From an uncultured Methanosarcinales archaeon (GTDB taxonomy: Archaea > Nanobdellota > Nanobdellia > Woesearchaeales > GW2011-AR9): a DNA stretch of 64,000 nucleotides. Shown piece by piece: positions 37,841 to 48,892 of this stretch. The position numbers and the translations under genes are program-made. Under the pieces are notes generated by a model. The model ran no database searches, was not told the origin of the DNA, and worked only from the letters and a program-made list of their open reading frames with translations. The stretch is from contig CAYFMM010000004.1 in the NCBI GenBank assembly GCA_964344285.1, forward strand, positions 43,347 to 107,346. Reading direction: 5' to 3'. Position 1 is the stretch's first letter; each line of letters begins with the position of its first letter.

Positions 37841-40800
37841 AACGAAACACCTCTGGATTATTTAATAGGCCTAAAAAATTAGCAATAGCATTTATTCTAT
37901 TTGTACTTCTCTTATTTACATTCTTTAATTTAGAACAGCCAGATAACAACGCAAAAGAAATAATTGAGCTAAAAACAGCAACAATTCTTGACACAGGTGG
38001 AAAAGAAGTTCATGATTACTCAAAAGAACTCCTGCAAAAAGATAATTCTTGGATTACATTTTATGCAAATCAAACACTTCAAATAGAATTTACAAAAGAA
38101 CTAGACAAAACTAAAGATATCAAATTTTATACAAAAAATAATCTTTTGCCTAATGCAACTTTAGAACTTTATGATCCTGATACAAACAACCTAATTACAA
38201 CCTTGCCGATAACAGCTAAAGAAAAATATCATAAGTTATTCTTACAAGATCTTACAAAAAATCAATCTACATTTAATGTAAAATTAAATTCTTTAAATCC
38301 AGATGACTTTATTGAAATTGATCACATTATTGACCCCTCAATTAGTGCGTGTGGAACACTTACAGATAATACAGAACCTAATATTTTAACACAAGATGTA
38401 ACAGACACAGACACATGTTTTGAATTAAGTGCACATCATATTATTCTTGATTGTCAAGGTTACAACATTACCTATGGTACAACTTCAGCAACACAACAAT
38501 ATGGGGTAAATACCTTAGGCTGGGATAATTTTACTGCTATAAACTGTGAGATCCATAATGGGGGTACGGGCCAACAAAACCATGGGATTCAAATTGACAC
38601 AGGGTCCATAGGTTCAAGAGTAATTAATTCAACCATTACAGTTACGGGATCATCTTCAAGGGCAATTAATATTCTTGGAAGTAACGATTCACAGATTATT
38701 AACTCTTCTTTGTATAACACAGGATCTTTTGGTGTAAGTGTCTACTTAACAAGCTCTTTAAACAACACTATTTTTAATTCAAGCTTATACTCTAGAAGCG
38801 CGTCAGGTCAAGCAATTTATTTAAGTGCATCTGACAATAACTTTCTTTTAAATAGTACTTTAGTAACAACATCTACGGTCAATCCAATCCAACTCTTAAA
38901 CAGTGATTATAATACGATTGATAGGGTTAATGTTTCCTCTGGTGGTTACGGTTTAACCATCTCTTCAGCTTATTATAATAACATCACTCGCTCTAGAATT
39001 ACCTCGTTTTATTCAACAATTTTTGCTAATGCTGATGGTGATTTTAATCTGTTTGAAAATAATACTCTAATCTCAACTGGAACAAATCAATTTTATTCTT
39101 CGGTAAGTTTATCGTCAGCTGATAATAATATTTTTTATAACAACCTTATGAACCAGACAAGAACTTCTGGGGGCCCTGTAGTGTACTTAGATAACAACGC
39201 TGATAATAACACATTTGAAAAAAATATACTTGATATGGCAAGGACATCTTTTACAGCAGATGGGTATAGTTCAGCTATATTTGGTAATAGAATAAGTGGG
39301 GTAAACGTCACTCATAATATTTTTTTAAGCGATACTGACCAACAAAGTTTCTATTTTGGAGGGATTGGAGCTTCATTTTATGATCATTATTTTTTCAATA
39401 ATACACATAACAATGACCCCATTTATTACATTGGTCCAAAAGATCATCGAACTGTCTTTAATCATACCACTGTAAGGCTACTTTGGATTGCAAAGGATAA
39501 TTTTACTGTAAATAATGTTTCTGTAAATCACACTGATGGAATGCGTGTAGCTTATGCAAATAACGTAGTGATCAATGATTCCTTTTTTGTTCCTCAAAAA
39601 AGAGCTGGCCTTGCAGCACTACATCTTCGTGGAGCAGTAAACACAACAGTTAACAACACTAGGCTTACAACTTCTCAAACCACTTCTGAGGGAATTTATC
39701 TTGAAGATACGTTTAATAACACTATTTATAATGTTACTATTCAAACCTCAGGATCTACTGGGAGGGGAATTTATTTTGACGATGCAAATAACAACACAAT
39801 CTCAAACTCAAGAATTACTACTACTTCCACTACCGCAGATGGGTTAGTTATTTTTAATGGAGATGGCAATTTAATTCAATATATCAACATTTCAACGGGC
39901 TCTGCTGATGGGGTTGAACTAACTACTGCAACAAGTAATAATGTCTCTTATTGTAGGGTAAGTTCCTCTAACGCAGCGTATAATACAAATAGTAATTCAA
40001 ATCAAAATAATTATTTTTCACATAATTATTTAGAATCCTCTGGCTCAAATTATAATGCTGTTTCTTTATCAGCGGCTGATTTTAACACTCTTCATGCAAA
40101 TGTAATTAATCAGAGTTCAACATCTGGAAATAATCCAGTTCTTTTGATTAACACTGCACAAAATAATACATTCACATACAATAAAATATACGGTGCTCGA
40201 AATACATTTTCTGAGACAGCGGGTTCTGGAGTTAGGATTTCTGGTTCTCCCTATAACAATTTCTCTCATAACATTATTAACACAACTCTGAATTTAGGAA
40301 GAGAAAACTTAGGCCTTTATGTAGTTGCAGCTTTTGATACACATCAGCATCATTATTTTTTCAATAACACACATAACAATGATCCGATCTATTATTTTGG
40401 ACCTCAAGATTCAAGCTCTTCATTCTCACACTCAAACCCCAAACAGCTCTATGTTGCTAAAGATGGGTTTACATTAAAAAATGTCACATTGAATCAAGTA
40501 GATGGAATTCGAGTTTTATTTGCTGATGATATTTCAATTCAGAGCTCTTTAGTTAATATCACAAATCAGACTAATATTGAGGCAATTTATTTAGATAATG
40601 CAAATAATGTAACAATTCAAAATACCACTACACTAACTAACAAGGGAGGAGCGTTTAGTGTTTATTTTGATACTACAGAAAATAGTACTATTCGAAATTC
40701 AAATTTTGAATCAAAAAGCGCAGGTTCACTGTATTTTGTATCATCAGAAAGTAATCAAGTCTTAAACTCTACAATTTATTCCTTTGGAGCCTCAGTCTAT

Positions 40801-43800
40801 TTTTCCAATGCTCATAAAAATAATGTTTTATTCTCAAACATTACAAACATTGGCTCATTTGGGATTCAAACAATTTCTCCTTCAAACAATAACACTTTTG
40901 CGTATAACCGAATTATTAGCTCTGGCTCAGCAATAAGCTTGAATGAAGGTGGTAAATCACTCACTAATGTCTCTTATAACTATTTAGAAGGAAATAGCTC
41001 TGTTTCAGATACACTTGCAATAAATGCACCAGATAACGTTACTATTGCCTATAACATTATTAATAATTCTGGGGGTGGTCCAGCAGTAGCAGAAATTTTT
41101 AACTCTGATAATATTACATTTATTTACAATAATCTTTCTTCTTCAAGGGCAACATATATCTCAACTGGGATGCTTTATTTATCCTCTTCAAAGAATGGAT
41201 ATTTTGCCCATAACAGGTTAATTGGAGAAACTCAAACTAAACTAACTATTGCTTTTAATGCAGAAAATAACAGCTTTAACAACAACTACTTTGGTATATC
41301 AAATGGCTCATCCAATGCACGATCAATAGAAGCAGCAAGTGGAGGTAATAATTATTCTACGCAACTATTTACAAATAACATCTTTGTAGATTTTGGAATT
41401 GATGTAGATGGATTTAACTTTACGCTTTTGAACTCTACATTTAGGTCCCTTGACAACACAGTAGATGTTTTCCCTGGATATTTGAATTTTAATGGATCTA
41501 TGGGGTATGAAATCAATGAAGATAACCTCTACCTCAAAAATAACGTAAGTTCCTTTGGAACAGAAAAAACAGATTTTATTTTAGATTTCAATAAAACCAT
41601 GAATGTTTCTTTTTACGGCCAAGATTGTTTAGGGTATAATATTTATCACAACAATTCGTTCATTAATGATTATACTACTGCCCTTACTACAAATATTGTA
41701 GCAACACAAGCTGATGCAGGCGGAGGATCTTGTGGCAACAATGTCTGTTCAAACATTCAATGTAATGCTGGGACTCTCTCCTTTACTGTACCATTTTGGA
41801 GTGCATTTGCAATTCAAAGCATTGGTTTGGTAGATGGAGCAGCGCCAGCAGTAACATTCCTAAACCCAGTTAATAATTCAAATTTCTCAACACAGATTCA
41901 GGCTTTTAATGCATCTGTAATTGATGAAACTGCGCTAGATAGTGTTATCTTTATGTTTCCAAACAACCAAACCCCATTTAACAAAACTGCAGTAAATAAC
42001 TCTGGTAATTGGAATACAAATGTTGACATGAACACATTAACCGAAGGGTTACATATGAGTTTTGTCTTTGCAAATGATACTTCTAATAACGTAAACCAAG
42101 TAGAAAATGTATCATTCTATGTAGATAGGACCCCTCCAATTATAAACATCTTAAACCCTGCAATTAATACATCAAATTCAACCGTAGGAATTCGCTTTAA
42201 TGTAACTGACTTACATCGCTTCCTAAATTGTTCACTCTACATCAACAACACTTTAAACACTACCAATACATTCACACCAAATGGCACAAATGTATATCTT
42301 GTATCGCAAGCCCTTAACGACGCGTATTACAACGCAACTGTGACTTGTATTGACCCATCTGGTAATTTGGCAAGTAATTCTTCTATTACCATCTTAGTAG
42401 ATACACTTGTTCCAGCAGTCACCCTTACTAATCCTACTAACAGTTCAAACTTTAGTTCTGGTTTACAAGATGTCAACGCAACTATTTTTGAAGCAAACCC
42501 TAAGACAATCTTATTTAGGTTAGACAATAGCACTGGAAGAGATTTTAATCTTTCTCTAAACAACATCTCTGGCAATTGGAATAACAACCTAAACATCTCA
42601 GCACTTGTAGAAGGAACGCACTCTGCGTATATTTATGCTTTAGACCCAGCAGGAAACTTAAATGACACAGAAAACATAAATTTCATTGTAGATAGAACTC
42701 CGCCTGTTGTAAATAATCAAAATGTATCATACCTTACAGCAGACACAACTCCGACTCTTTGGGTAAATTTCACTGACACACTTTCTGCAGTAGCCAACTG
42801 TAGTCTCTTTATGGATGGTGCTATACAAGACTATACTGTAATCCCGCCCGATACCAACACGCCTCTCACACCAACAACAGCTTTAACTGAAGGAGCATAT
42901 CTTACAAACTTTACTTGTGTAGACTACTCAAACAATTCGGCAACATCATCAACAATAACTGTAACTATAGACTTATTTCCTCTTTTTGTAAATATCATTA
43001 GTCCTGCAAATAACTCTAATCTCTCAACGGAAGTGCAGTCTTTTAATGCTAGTATTCAAGAGGCCAACCCTGACACAATTATTTTTGTTTATGATAATGC
43101 TACGGGAGTTGACTTTAACAAAACTCCCACAAACCGTTCAGGTAATTGGAATGTAAGTCTTAACATTTCGACACTTACACAAGGAAGACATTTGTTTAGA
43201 GTTTTTGCAAATGATTCTGCAGGAAACACAGACTATGCTCAAAATATCTCCTTTACTGTAGACCGAGACGCACCAAATGTGACTCTATTAAACACTTCTT
43301 TGACTACAAGTTCCCCTCTTCCTTCAGTCTGGATAAACACAACTGATAACTTTTCTATTGTGACAAACTGTTCTCTTTTTATTGCAGGAACCCTACATGA
43401 TACTTCAACAGTTATTAACACAACCCCGACAATGCTTACAGCCTCAACGCCTTTAGGAGATGGGAATTATCTAACAAATGTAACTTGTACTGATTACTCT
43501 GGAAATCAAGGAAACTCTACTACGATTACTCTAACAGTAAACCTAGCTCCTCTTACTGTCGTTATTACAAACCCTGCAAACAATTCAAACCTCAGTTCGG
43601 GTAACCAAGCTTTTAATGCCTCTGTACTTGATACAAATGTTGACACGGCCATTTTCCAATTTACCAATGCAACTGGAAATAATTTTAACATCACTGCAAC
43701 AAATGTTTCTGGCAATTGGAATACATTACTAAATGTAGACTCTTTTGTTCAAGGTCAACATCAAATGCGAGTCTTTGCAAATGATACCTTAGCAAATACC

Positions 43801-46119
43801 AATACTAATTCCTTCATAAATTTCATTGTAGATCGAGATGCACCAAATGTAACTTTGCTAAATACTTCTTTTAGCACAACAGACACACAACCAAATATTT
43901 GGGTTAATGTAATTGATAATTTTTCAGCAGTTACATCTTGTGATTTAGATCTGGCAGGAACGACATATAGCACTACAACTGTTATAAATAACACGAACAC
44001 CTCACTTCCCGTAAACACAACTCTTGCTGCAGGCATCTATCCTGTAAATGTGAGCTGTACAGATTATTCTGGTAATCAAGGAAATGCAACTGGGATTAAC
44101 GTTACTATTGCTGCTGTTTCAACACCTGCTCCTACAGCAAGTAGTGGTGGTGGAGGTTCTAGTTCTTCAGGTGGTGGAGGCGGAACTATATTTGAATGTA
44201 GAACAAATGCAGACTGTCCTGTTGGAAAATACTGTGTAAATCATCAATGTCTCAAAATCTTTGATCTTAAAATAGTGCATGCTGACTCACCAATTGAACC
44301 AGGAGACCAATTAGATTTCAGTTATTTTATTAAAGGAATTGCTGCAATTGAAGGGGACGTAACTCTTGACTTCTGGTTAGAAGACGTACAAGGAAACAAG
44401 ATCACCTCTGGAAGAGACATCATTTTTGTTGGAACGTTTGAACAAAAAACGGAGCAAGGACACTTAGCACTTCCTTCCTCTACTCCTCTTGGACAACACC
44501 GTTTTGCAATCACTCTTTACTTTGATGGTTACGAAATCACCGCTCATAGGGACATAGAAGTAGTGCGTCAAGCTCCGTTACATATTGACATTATTACACA
44601 AAGAGAGCAAAATCTTACTGCAAACAATGCATGGCAATTAACAACTACTTTACAAAGTAATAAGGATAAAATCTCTTCACTAGATGTTAAAAGACAGCTA
44701 ACCAAACATAACTCTTTAGCGTGGTTTACAGAGTCACCTGTATTACTCAATAAAACAGCAACTATTCAAGATACAATTCCAGGTCTAACAAGAGGCGAAT
44801 ATACTCTTGAGGTCCTTGCCTCAGATAATGGAGAAGTAGTTGGCCAACACAAAGAATTAGTCAAAATCTCTGGACCTTTACCAACTTCACTTCTTCTCTT
44901 AGCACTCTTAGTGCTTGCTCTATTACTACTGCTCGTTTACATCTTGTACTACATATGGAAACATAAAGACAAAGACCTTGCAGCGTTACTCAAAAGAATT
45001 CATGCCCTGCAACATAAAATTCACAAATTACATCTTAAGGACCTTCCTCGAGAACAAGCTACGCGCCTAATTAGAATGGCACACAATACAAGTGATTCCT
45101 TAGCCATGCTTGCAGCACAAGCCAAACAATTACACAGGAAACAAACAGCAAAAAAACTAAACAAAGAAGAATTTCACCAACAACTTGCAAACCTTGGAGA
45201 AAGAATAGATCCTCTTGCAGATGTAGTAAAAAAATTAGTACTCTTAGATACACAAGGGCATCAAGCTCTTGCAAGAGAAAAACAATTACAAAAAGAACAA
45301 AAGAAAAACATCTCTAAATTAGAGCAAGATGATGAACACTTTTCAGAACCAAAACCAGTTCATGTTGCACATGGTGCAAGAACGATCTTGAATGTTTCTA
45401 AGTCAGAAATTCAAGAGAAATCAAAAGCAAAAAAACAACTCTTGCGTAAAATAATCACTCAAGTAAAAGAACCTATTGCAACCGAGCCTTCTTTAGAGCT
45501 CCCTTCCTTCAAAAAAGAACCTCTTGCTGTAAAAGAAAAAGCATTCAATCCAGAAAAAGTTAAACAAGAAGTGACAAACTTCACAGAAAAAATAGAACAA
45601 ATCTCTAAAAAAGATATTTCTGTAATCTCCGATCATGATATTACTGTACTACTTCAAGAGCTCAAACAACTTCAGCTTAGGTTACACAACTTCAAAACAC
45701 TTACAGGTAGTGGTTATGTTATTTTCCCAGGTCAATCTAAAATCCTAGAAAAACTCAAGAAATGTCACAGACTAATTGAACAAAAATTAGTAGAAAAAAG
45801 AATTTACAACCTTGTGACTGGAAAAGAAGATCAACTACGAAAAATCAAAAAAACAAAAGATGTTGCAAAGCTTCCATACAAACAGGCCCTCAAAAAGCAA
45901 GCAGAAAAACTTCGCCATGAAATAGAACTTGCAAAACAAAAGATGGCACAACAAGATACGCAGATCAAAAGCAATGTTATCTCTGCTCTTCCTTCATCAA
46001 CAAAAACAAGTGGAAAAAAAGTATCTTTACGTAAGAGACTAAAAAAGCTAAATCAAAGACAAGACATTCCTTTAACAGAAGTTGAGCTCATCGAGCAACA
46101 TTTAGCAGAACTGGAATAA
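37837..46119 (+). CDS. giant (2760 aa) cell-surface adhesin-like protein: beta-helix repeats, Ig-like repeats, Cys-knot, TM anchor, K-rich cytoplasmic coiled-coil tail
   Basis: N-terminal signal/TM, then about 1300 aa of N/S/T-rich parallel beta-helix-like repeats saturated with NxS/T sequons. At least five about 150-aa modules follow ('VDRTPPIINILNP', 'VDRTPPVVNNQNV', 'VDRDAPNVTLLNTS' x2). Next come a Gly/Ser linker, a CRTNADCPVGKYCVNHQC domain, the TM 'LLLLALLVLALLLLLVYILYYIW' and about 400 aa of K/E/Q-rich coiled coil. Confidence 0.7.
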   Translation: MKRNTSGLFNRPKKLAIAFILFVLLLFTFFNLEQPDNNAKEIIELKTATILDTGGKEVHDYSKELLQKDNSWITFYANQTLQIEFTKELDKTKDIKFYTKNNLLPNATLELYDPDTNNLITTLPITAKEKYHKLFLQDLTKNQSTFNVKLNSLNPDDFIEIDHIIDPSISACGTLTDNTEPNILTQDVTDTDTCFELSAHHIILDCQGYNITYGTTSATQQYGVNTLGWDNFTAINCEIHNGGTGQQNHGIQIDTGSIGSRVINSTITVTGSSSRAINILGSNDSQIINSSLYNTGSFGVSVYLTSSLNNTIFNSSLYSRSASGQAIYLSASDNNFLLNSTLVTTSTVNPIQLLNSDYNTIDRVNVSSGGYGLTISSAYYNNITRSRITSFYSTIFANADGDFNLFENNTLISTGTNQFYSSVSLSSADNNIFYNNLMNQTRTSGGPVVYLDNNADNNTFEKNILDMARTSFTADGYSSAIFGNRISGVNVTHNIFLSDTDQQSFYFGGIGASFYDHYFFNNTHNNDPIYYIGPKDHRTVFNHTTVRLLWIAKDNFTVNNVSVNHTDGMRVAYANNVVINDSFFVPQKRAGLAALHLRGAVNTTVNNTRLTTSQTTSEGIYLEDTFNNTIYNVTIQTSGSTGRGIYFDDANNNTISNSRITTTSTTADGLVIFNGDGNLIQYINISTGSADGVELTTATSNNVSYCRVSSSNAAYNTNSNSNQNNYFSHNYLESSGSNYNAVSLSAADFNTLHANVINQSSTSGNNPVLLINTAQNNTFTYNKIYGARNTFSETAGSGVRISGSPYNNFSHNIINTTLNLGRENLGLYVVAAFDTHQHHYFFNNTHNNDPIYYFGPQDSSSSFSHSNPKQLYVAKDGFTLKNVTLNQVDGIRVLFADDISIQSSLVNITNQTNIEAIYLDNANNVTIQNTTTLTNKGGAFSVYFDTTENSTIRNSNFESKSAGSLYFVSSESNQVLNSTIYSFGASVYFSNAHKNNVLFSNITNIGSFGIQTISPSNNNTFAYNRIISSGSAISLNEGGKSLTNVSYNYLEGNSSVSDTLAINAPDNVTIAYNIINNSGGGPAVAEIFNSDNITFIYNNLSSSRATYISTGMLYLSSSKNGYFAHNRLIGETQTKLTIAFNAENNSFNNNYFGISNGSSNARSIEAASGGNNYSTQLFTNNIFVDFGIDVDGFNFTLLNSTFRSLDNTVDVFPGYLNFNGSMGYEINEDNLYLKNNVSSFGTEKTDFILDFNKTMNVSFYGQDCLGYNIYHNNSFINDYTTALTTNIVATQADAGGGSCGNNVCSNIQCNAGTLSFTVPFWSAFAIQSIGLVDGAAPAVTFLNPVNNSNFSTQIQAFNASVIDETALDSVIFMFPNNQTPFNKTAVNNSGNWNTNVDMNTLTEGLHMSFVFANDTSNNVNQVENVSFYVDRTPPIINILNPAINTSNSTVGIRFNVTDLHRFLNCSLYINNTLNTTNTFTPNGTNVYLVSQALNDAYYNATVTCIDPSGNLASNSSITILVDTLVPAVTLTNPTNSSNFSSGLQDVNATIFEANPKTILFRLDNSTGRDFNLSLNNISGNWNNNLNISALVEGTHSAYIYALDPAGNLNDTENINFIVDRTPPVVNNQNVSYLTADTTPTLWVNFTDTLSAVANCSLFMDGAIQDYTVIPPDTNTPLTPTTALTEGAYLTNFTCVDYSNNSATSSTITVTIDLFPLFVNIISPANNSNLSTEVQSFNASIQEANPDTIIFVYDNATGVDFNKTPTNRSGNWNVSLNISTLTQGRHLFRVFANDSAGNTDYAQNISFTVDRDAPNVTLLNTSLTTSSPLPSVWINTTDNFSIVTNCSLFIAGTLHDTSTVINTTPTMLTASTPLGDGNYLTNVTCTDYSGNQGNSTTITLTVNLAPLTVVITNPANNSNLSSGNQAFNASVLDTNVDTAIFQFTNATGNNFNITATNVSGNWNTLLNVDSFVQGQHQMRVFANDTLANTNTNSFINFIVDRDAPNVTLLNTSFSTTDTQPNIWVNVIDNFSAVTSCDLDLAGTTYSTTTVINNTNTSLPVNTTLAAGIYPVNVSCTDYSGNQGNATGINVTIAAVSTPAPTASSGGGGSSSSGGGGGTIFECRTNADCPVGKYCVNHQCLKIFDLKIVHADSPIEPGDQLDFSYFIKGIAAIEGDVTLDFWLEDVQGNKITSGRDIIFVGTFEQKTEQGHLALPSSTPLGQHRFAITLYFDGYEITAHRDIEVVRQAPLHIDIITQREQNLTANNAWQLTTTLQSNKDKISSLDVKRQLTKHNSLAWFTESPVLLNKTATIQDTIPGLTRGEYTLEVLASDNGEVVGQHKELVKISGPLPTSLLLLALLVLALLLLLVYILYYIWKHKDKDLAALLKRIHALQHKIHKLHLKDLPREQATRLIRMAHNTSDSLAMLAAQAKQLHRKQTAKKLNKEEFHQQLANLGERIDPLADVVKKLVLLDTQGHQALAREKQLQKEQKKNISKLEQDDEHFSEPKPVHVAHGARTILNVSKSEIQEKSKAKKQLLRKIITQVKEPIATEPSLELPSFKKEPLAVKEKAFNPEKVKQEVTNFTEKIEQISKKDISVISDHDITVLLQELKQLQLRLHNFKTLTGSGYVIFPGQSKILEKLKKCHRLIEQKLVEKRIYNLVTGKEDQLRKIKKTKDVAKLPYKQALKKQAEKLRHEIELAKQKMAQQDTQIKSNVISALPSSTKTSGKKVSLRKRLKKLNQRQDIPLTEVELIEQHLAELE

Positions 46120-46314
46120 AAATGAGATTTTTGTGATAAGTTTAAATATTATGTCTTCTTTCCGTTATTGTGGCATATAGCAAAAAAAAGGTAAAAGTAA
46201 AAGGGTATTGGAAATTTGAGGGTCTAATTCCAACAAGAGTGAGGGAACACACAAGGACAATAAAAGTTCCAACAAATAAAAGAGGTGGTTCAAAGAAAGG
46301 AGTGAAAAAGCGCT

Positions 46315-46782
46315 ATGGATATTAATGTTTCTGATTTAATTCAAATTGTGATTGCAGTTATCATGTGTGTTTCGGTCTATCTTTCTTACAGGTCGATTCA
46401 GAACAACTCTGATCTTAACAAAACTCAATTCTTTACAAATTTATGTAGGGATGAACGGATTATTCAGTCTACTCTATCTAAAAGAAAGGGGATAATCTCT
46501 AAACAAAAAGATCTGAGGGTCAAAGAGAAGTTGGAGAATGAATCAGACGAATACCTCTTTGATTTTTATGAATATGTTGCAATCTTAGTTCTTAGAAATA
46601 AAGTTAATTTGGATCTTTTCTTAGATTATTTTGGAAGCCTAATAGGTGTGACTTACGCTAAATTTATGGAATCCAAGTTGTTTAAAGATCATAAAGAGCG
46701 AGTTGTTTTTTACCCTAAATTATGCAAGCTTTTTAATCGAATGGATTTAAGTATTGAGAAAAGATCTGAGAATTCTAAGTAA
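46315..46782 (+). CDS. hypothetical protein
   Basis: 155-aa ORF, N-terminal TM-like segment. Confidence 0.4.
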   Translation: MDINVSDLIQIVIAVIMCVSVYLSYRSIQNNSDLNKTQFFTNLCRDERIIQSTLSKRKGIISKQKDLRVKEKLENESDEYLFDFYEYVAILVLRNKVNLDLFLDYFGSLIGVTYAKFMESKLFKDHKERVVFYPKLCKLFNRMDLSIEKRSENSK

Positions 46783-46931
46783 CTTTAAATTATTATTTAC
46801 GTTAATCCAGCCATTATAATCCACCACCGTAAACTTTATATACTCACTTCCTTATCTAAAACTCAGTATTCAATACTAATCTACGGTACATTTTTAGTAT
46901 CAAATTTCAACTAAATGAGGGTGACTTAGGC

Positions 46932-47192
46932 ATGGAAAAAGACAAGGTATATTCAAAAGAACTTCTGGGCAAAACAGTAGTATCCAAATCAGGAAAAAAA
47001 TTCGGAGATGTAGGAGATTTAATCTTTGAAGCAGGCTCTGGAGAACTAATCCACTTATTATTACGAAATCCAACTTCTTACACAGATAAAATGGAGTTAG
47101 AAAAAACCAAAGAAGGTCAAATCTTAATCCCATTCTCAGCTGTAATTGCATCTGGCGACTTTATTGTAGTTGCAGAAGAAGATATTGTTTGA
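46932..47192 (+). CDS. PRC-barrel domain protein
   Basis: 'LLGKTVVSKSGKKFGDVGDLIFEAGSGELIHLLL' is the typical archaeal stand-alone PRC-barrel signature. 86 aa. Confidence 0.65.
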   Translation: MEKDKVYSKELLGKTVVSKSGKKFGDVGDLIFEAGSGELIHLLLRNPTSYTDKMELEKTKEGQILIPFSAVIASGDFIVVAEEDIV

Positions 47193-47268
47193 TTTTTTTT
47201 AATAATACTATTTTTTTCTTAAATTATATATCGTCTTCCTTTTATAGTCTCTTTTATTCTCAAAATTT

Positions 47269-47583
47269 ATGGTGTTAGATTTAATAATTGCAAGCTACCA
47301 GGCAACTGTTAAAAAATCCTTTCTCATTGATGATAAAACCAGGGCTTCTTTACTTGCTGATATAAAAAAAGTTAGGGTAGCCTTAAGTCATCTTTCTTTA
47401 AAAGAAGAAAGTATTCATTATTTTGCTCCAGAGAAAAGAAAAACGTTAGCAAACCGCCTGTCTGTTTTGGTAATGCAAGAAATCATCCCAATATTACAAG
47501 CAAGCGATATTAAGCAAGAAAATGCACAAGAATTTCACAGATCCCTAATCAGAGCATTTTTAAGAGTTTTTGCAACAGTTTAA
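47269..47583 (+). CDS. hypothetical protein
   Basis: 104-aa ORF. Confidence 0.35.
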   Translation: MVLDLIIASYQATVKKSFLIDDKTRASLLADIKKVRVALSHLSLKEESIHYFAPEKRKTLANRLSVLVMQEIIPILQASDIKQENAQEFHRSLIRAFLRVFATV

Positions 47584-48056
47584 GCTTCTTCTTTAGCTTT
47601 AAACTCTTTATCCATTGCTTTAACATAATCTTTTACTCTACTCATTACAGATTTTAATAAGAAATTCTCAACCTTTTCTTCAAAAATTTCAGAAAGTGAA
47701 CTCCATTCAGTAATCCGATACAAATTGGCATTTGTTTCAATTAAATGTAAGTCTTTTAATCTTTTTAATTGCCTTCTAATATTTGAGGATGCAATTCCAA
47801 GCATAGGTAATTTATTGTCCTTACGATATCCCATCACGTGGTTTTTAATTTCTTCAGAATGTAGCTCTTCTTTACGTTGTTTTGCCAGTAATAACTGGTG
47901 CAATACATCAACAACAACATCTCGAGAATCACCAGGTTGCAATAAACCAACAGACAAACAAAACTTACGCACTAAATCACGCTCATTCATTGTAGGTTTT
48001 TCATACCTACGTAACGTAATTTCTGCCAGTGGTGTATCTCTGCTAATCTTGCCCAT
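47580..48056 (-). CDS. putative winged-helix transcriptional regulator
   Basis: 158 aa. The central segment is consistent with a wHTH. Weak assignment. Confidence 0.35.
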   Translation of the reverse strand: MGKISRDTPLAEITLRRYEKPTMNERDLVRKFCLSVGLLQPGDSRDVVVDVLHQLLLAKQRKEELHSEEIKNHVMGYRKDNKLPMLGIASSNIRRQLKRLKDLHLIETNANLYRITEWSSLSEIFEEKVENFLLKSVMSRVKDYVKAMDKEFKAKEEA

Positions 48057-48189
48057 ATGTAATCCCCTTTGTGTGATTTGAATAAAACTTTGCTTCTTTT
48101 AAATCTTTCTTAAATGCAGTAGATAATGCTTGAAAGTTAATGTCATTATCTCCATAATTTTTATAAAATACGTTTGAAAATCAAGGTTT

Positions 48190-48870
48190 ATGGTAAAATC
48201 TAAACCTTCAAGGCTTGTAAGGGAAGTAGAAAAAGAGTTTAAAAAAAGAGATCCTAATATTGATGCACCTCTACATTATGAATTTCATAAAGTAAGGGAC
48301 CGGGAAATTTATGTCCTCGGAGAGACTCATGGTTCTCGTGCTCCATTTGATTATTATAGGGAAAACTTAAAAAGCAAAGTTAGAAAAAATCCAGACACTT
48401 GGCTTTTTTTCTTAGAAGATGGGCCTACAAATAAGGTGCATGGAAATCCCATTGGATATTATTTTACAAAAGTAGCAAAACCTAAAAAGATTCCTATCTT
48501 AGACGCAACTCAACCAAGTCTCTTTACGGATGAAACTAGAAAAATAATCCTTGAAAGGTCAGGATTATCAGAAGAGGATTACTTTCATTCGTTCTATTCT
48601 TTTGTCTTTGATGGTCCTGGGATGGAGGAGAGTGGAAAAAATCCTTCTCGAGTAGCAAGAGACTTAAATGTAAGCTTAGACTTAGCAAACAAATTGATTT
48701 ATCAGGGGATATCACCTTATGCAAAGGAATTATTTGGAAAAATAGGTGATCATTGGAATAGTCTAATTAATGAAGAATTTCTTAGGGCCTTAGGCCGGTA
48801 TCCAAGCAGAACTAATGTGCTAGTAAATTGTGGTTTTGAACATAATGTTGCCTTTCAAGATCTTGAGTAA
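48190..48870 (+). CDS. hypothetical protein
   Basis: 226-aa ORF. Confidence 0.4.
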   Translation: MVKSKPSRLVREVEKEFKKRDPNIDAPLHYEFHKVRDREIYVLGETHGSRAPFDYYRENLKSKVRKNPDTWLFFLEDGPTNKVHGNPIGYYFTKVAKPKKIPILDATQPSLFTDETRKIILERSGLSEEDYFHSFYSFVFDGPGMEESGKNPSRVARDLNVSLDLANKLIYQGISPYAKELFGKIGDHWNSLINEEFLRALGRYPSRTNVLVNCGFEHNVAFQDLE

Positions 48871-48892
48871 TGTAATGGATGGTCTTTACTTT

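Noticed and set aside
38000-46000. Short minus-strand ORFs inside the giant surface-protein gene (42327-42596, 43239-43421, 43506-43715, 43761-44036, 44322-44513, 44568-44750, 45071-45274)
   Set aside because: They are shadow ORFs of the long, repeat-structured + strand reading frame.
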